From Fidelibacterota bacterium (lineage in GTDB: Bacteria > Fidelibacterota > Marinisomatia > Marinisomatales > JABMOV01): DNA of 18,717 nucleotides. The notes beneath the pieces are model-generated. The model saw only the letters and a list, made by a program, of their open reading frames with translations, did not search any database and was not told where the DNA came from. Below are positions 18,612 to 18,717 of this stretch, piece by piece (the stretch's first letter is position 1; every line of letters starts with the position of its first letter). The position numbers and the translations under genes are program-made. The stretch covers positions 1-18,717 of the forward strand of contig JBHHUC010000039.1 in assembly GCA_046861395.1 (NCBI GenBank). Direction: 5' to 3'.

Positions 18612-18717
18612 ATGCGAGTTCTAATCCCTGGAATAGTTAAACGGGCAATCGCTGGTATTTTTATTCTTTTTTCCGTCTACCTCCGGGGCCAGGACCTACA
18701 GGTGAAGTTCTATCTAA
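18612..18717 (+). CDS. 5' part of a probable secreted protein, running off the window
   Basis: Open frame MRVLIPGIVKRAIAGIFILFSVYLRG-QDLQVKFYL...: basic residues, hydrophobic core, plausible cleavage after LRG. Confidence 0.45.
   Translation, partial: MRVLIPGIVKRAIAGIFILFSVYLRGQDLQVKFYL

Overview
Gene-dense bacterial core-genome window with no mobile element, CRISPR array or defence island visible. It opens with a 5'-clipped tRNA-Ala(CGC), followed within 7 nt by a large, Alu-domain-containing (Bacillus scRNA-type) SRP RNA. A tightly packed + strand run follows: dnaX-ybaB-recR-pgsA-pgpA-cinA-thpR-recA-recX-(degenerate PurL-like protein)-FAH-family hydrolase. Next come a convergent - strand pair (AGCS alanine/glycine:cation symporter, inositol monophosphatase) and a second + strand run: comEC, an RNase HII-YraN fusion, signal peptidase I, a YwaF-like membrane protein, a DUF21-CBS protein and the start of a probable secreted protein. 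The most notable points are: (1) an intact 611-aa PurL paralogue lacking the recognisable catalytic motifs, coupled to recX; (2) an in-frame RNase HII-YraN nuclease fusion overlapping comEC; (3) pgsA appears to need a non-canonical AUA/AUU start; (4) the large SRP RNA abuts a CCA-less tRNA. All family calls come from motif recognition by eye; no database search was run. An FCB-group-like origin is only a weak impression.
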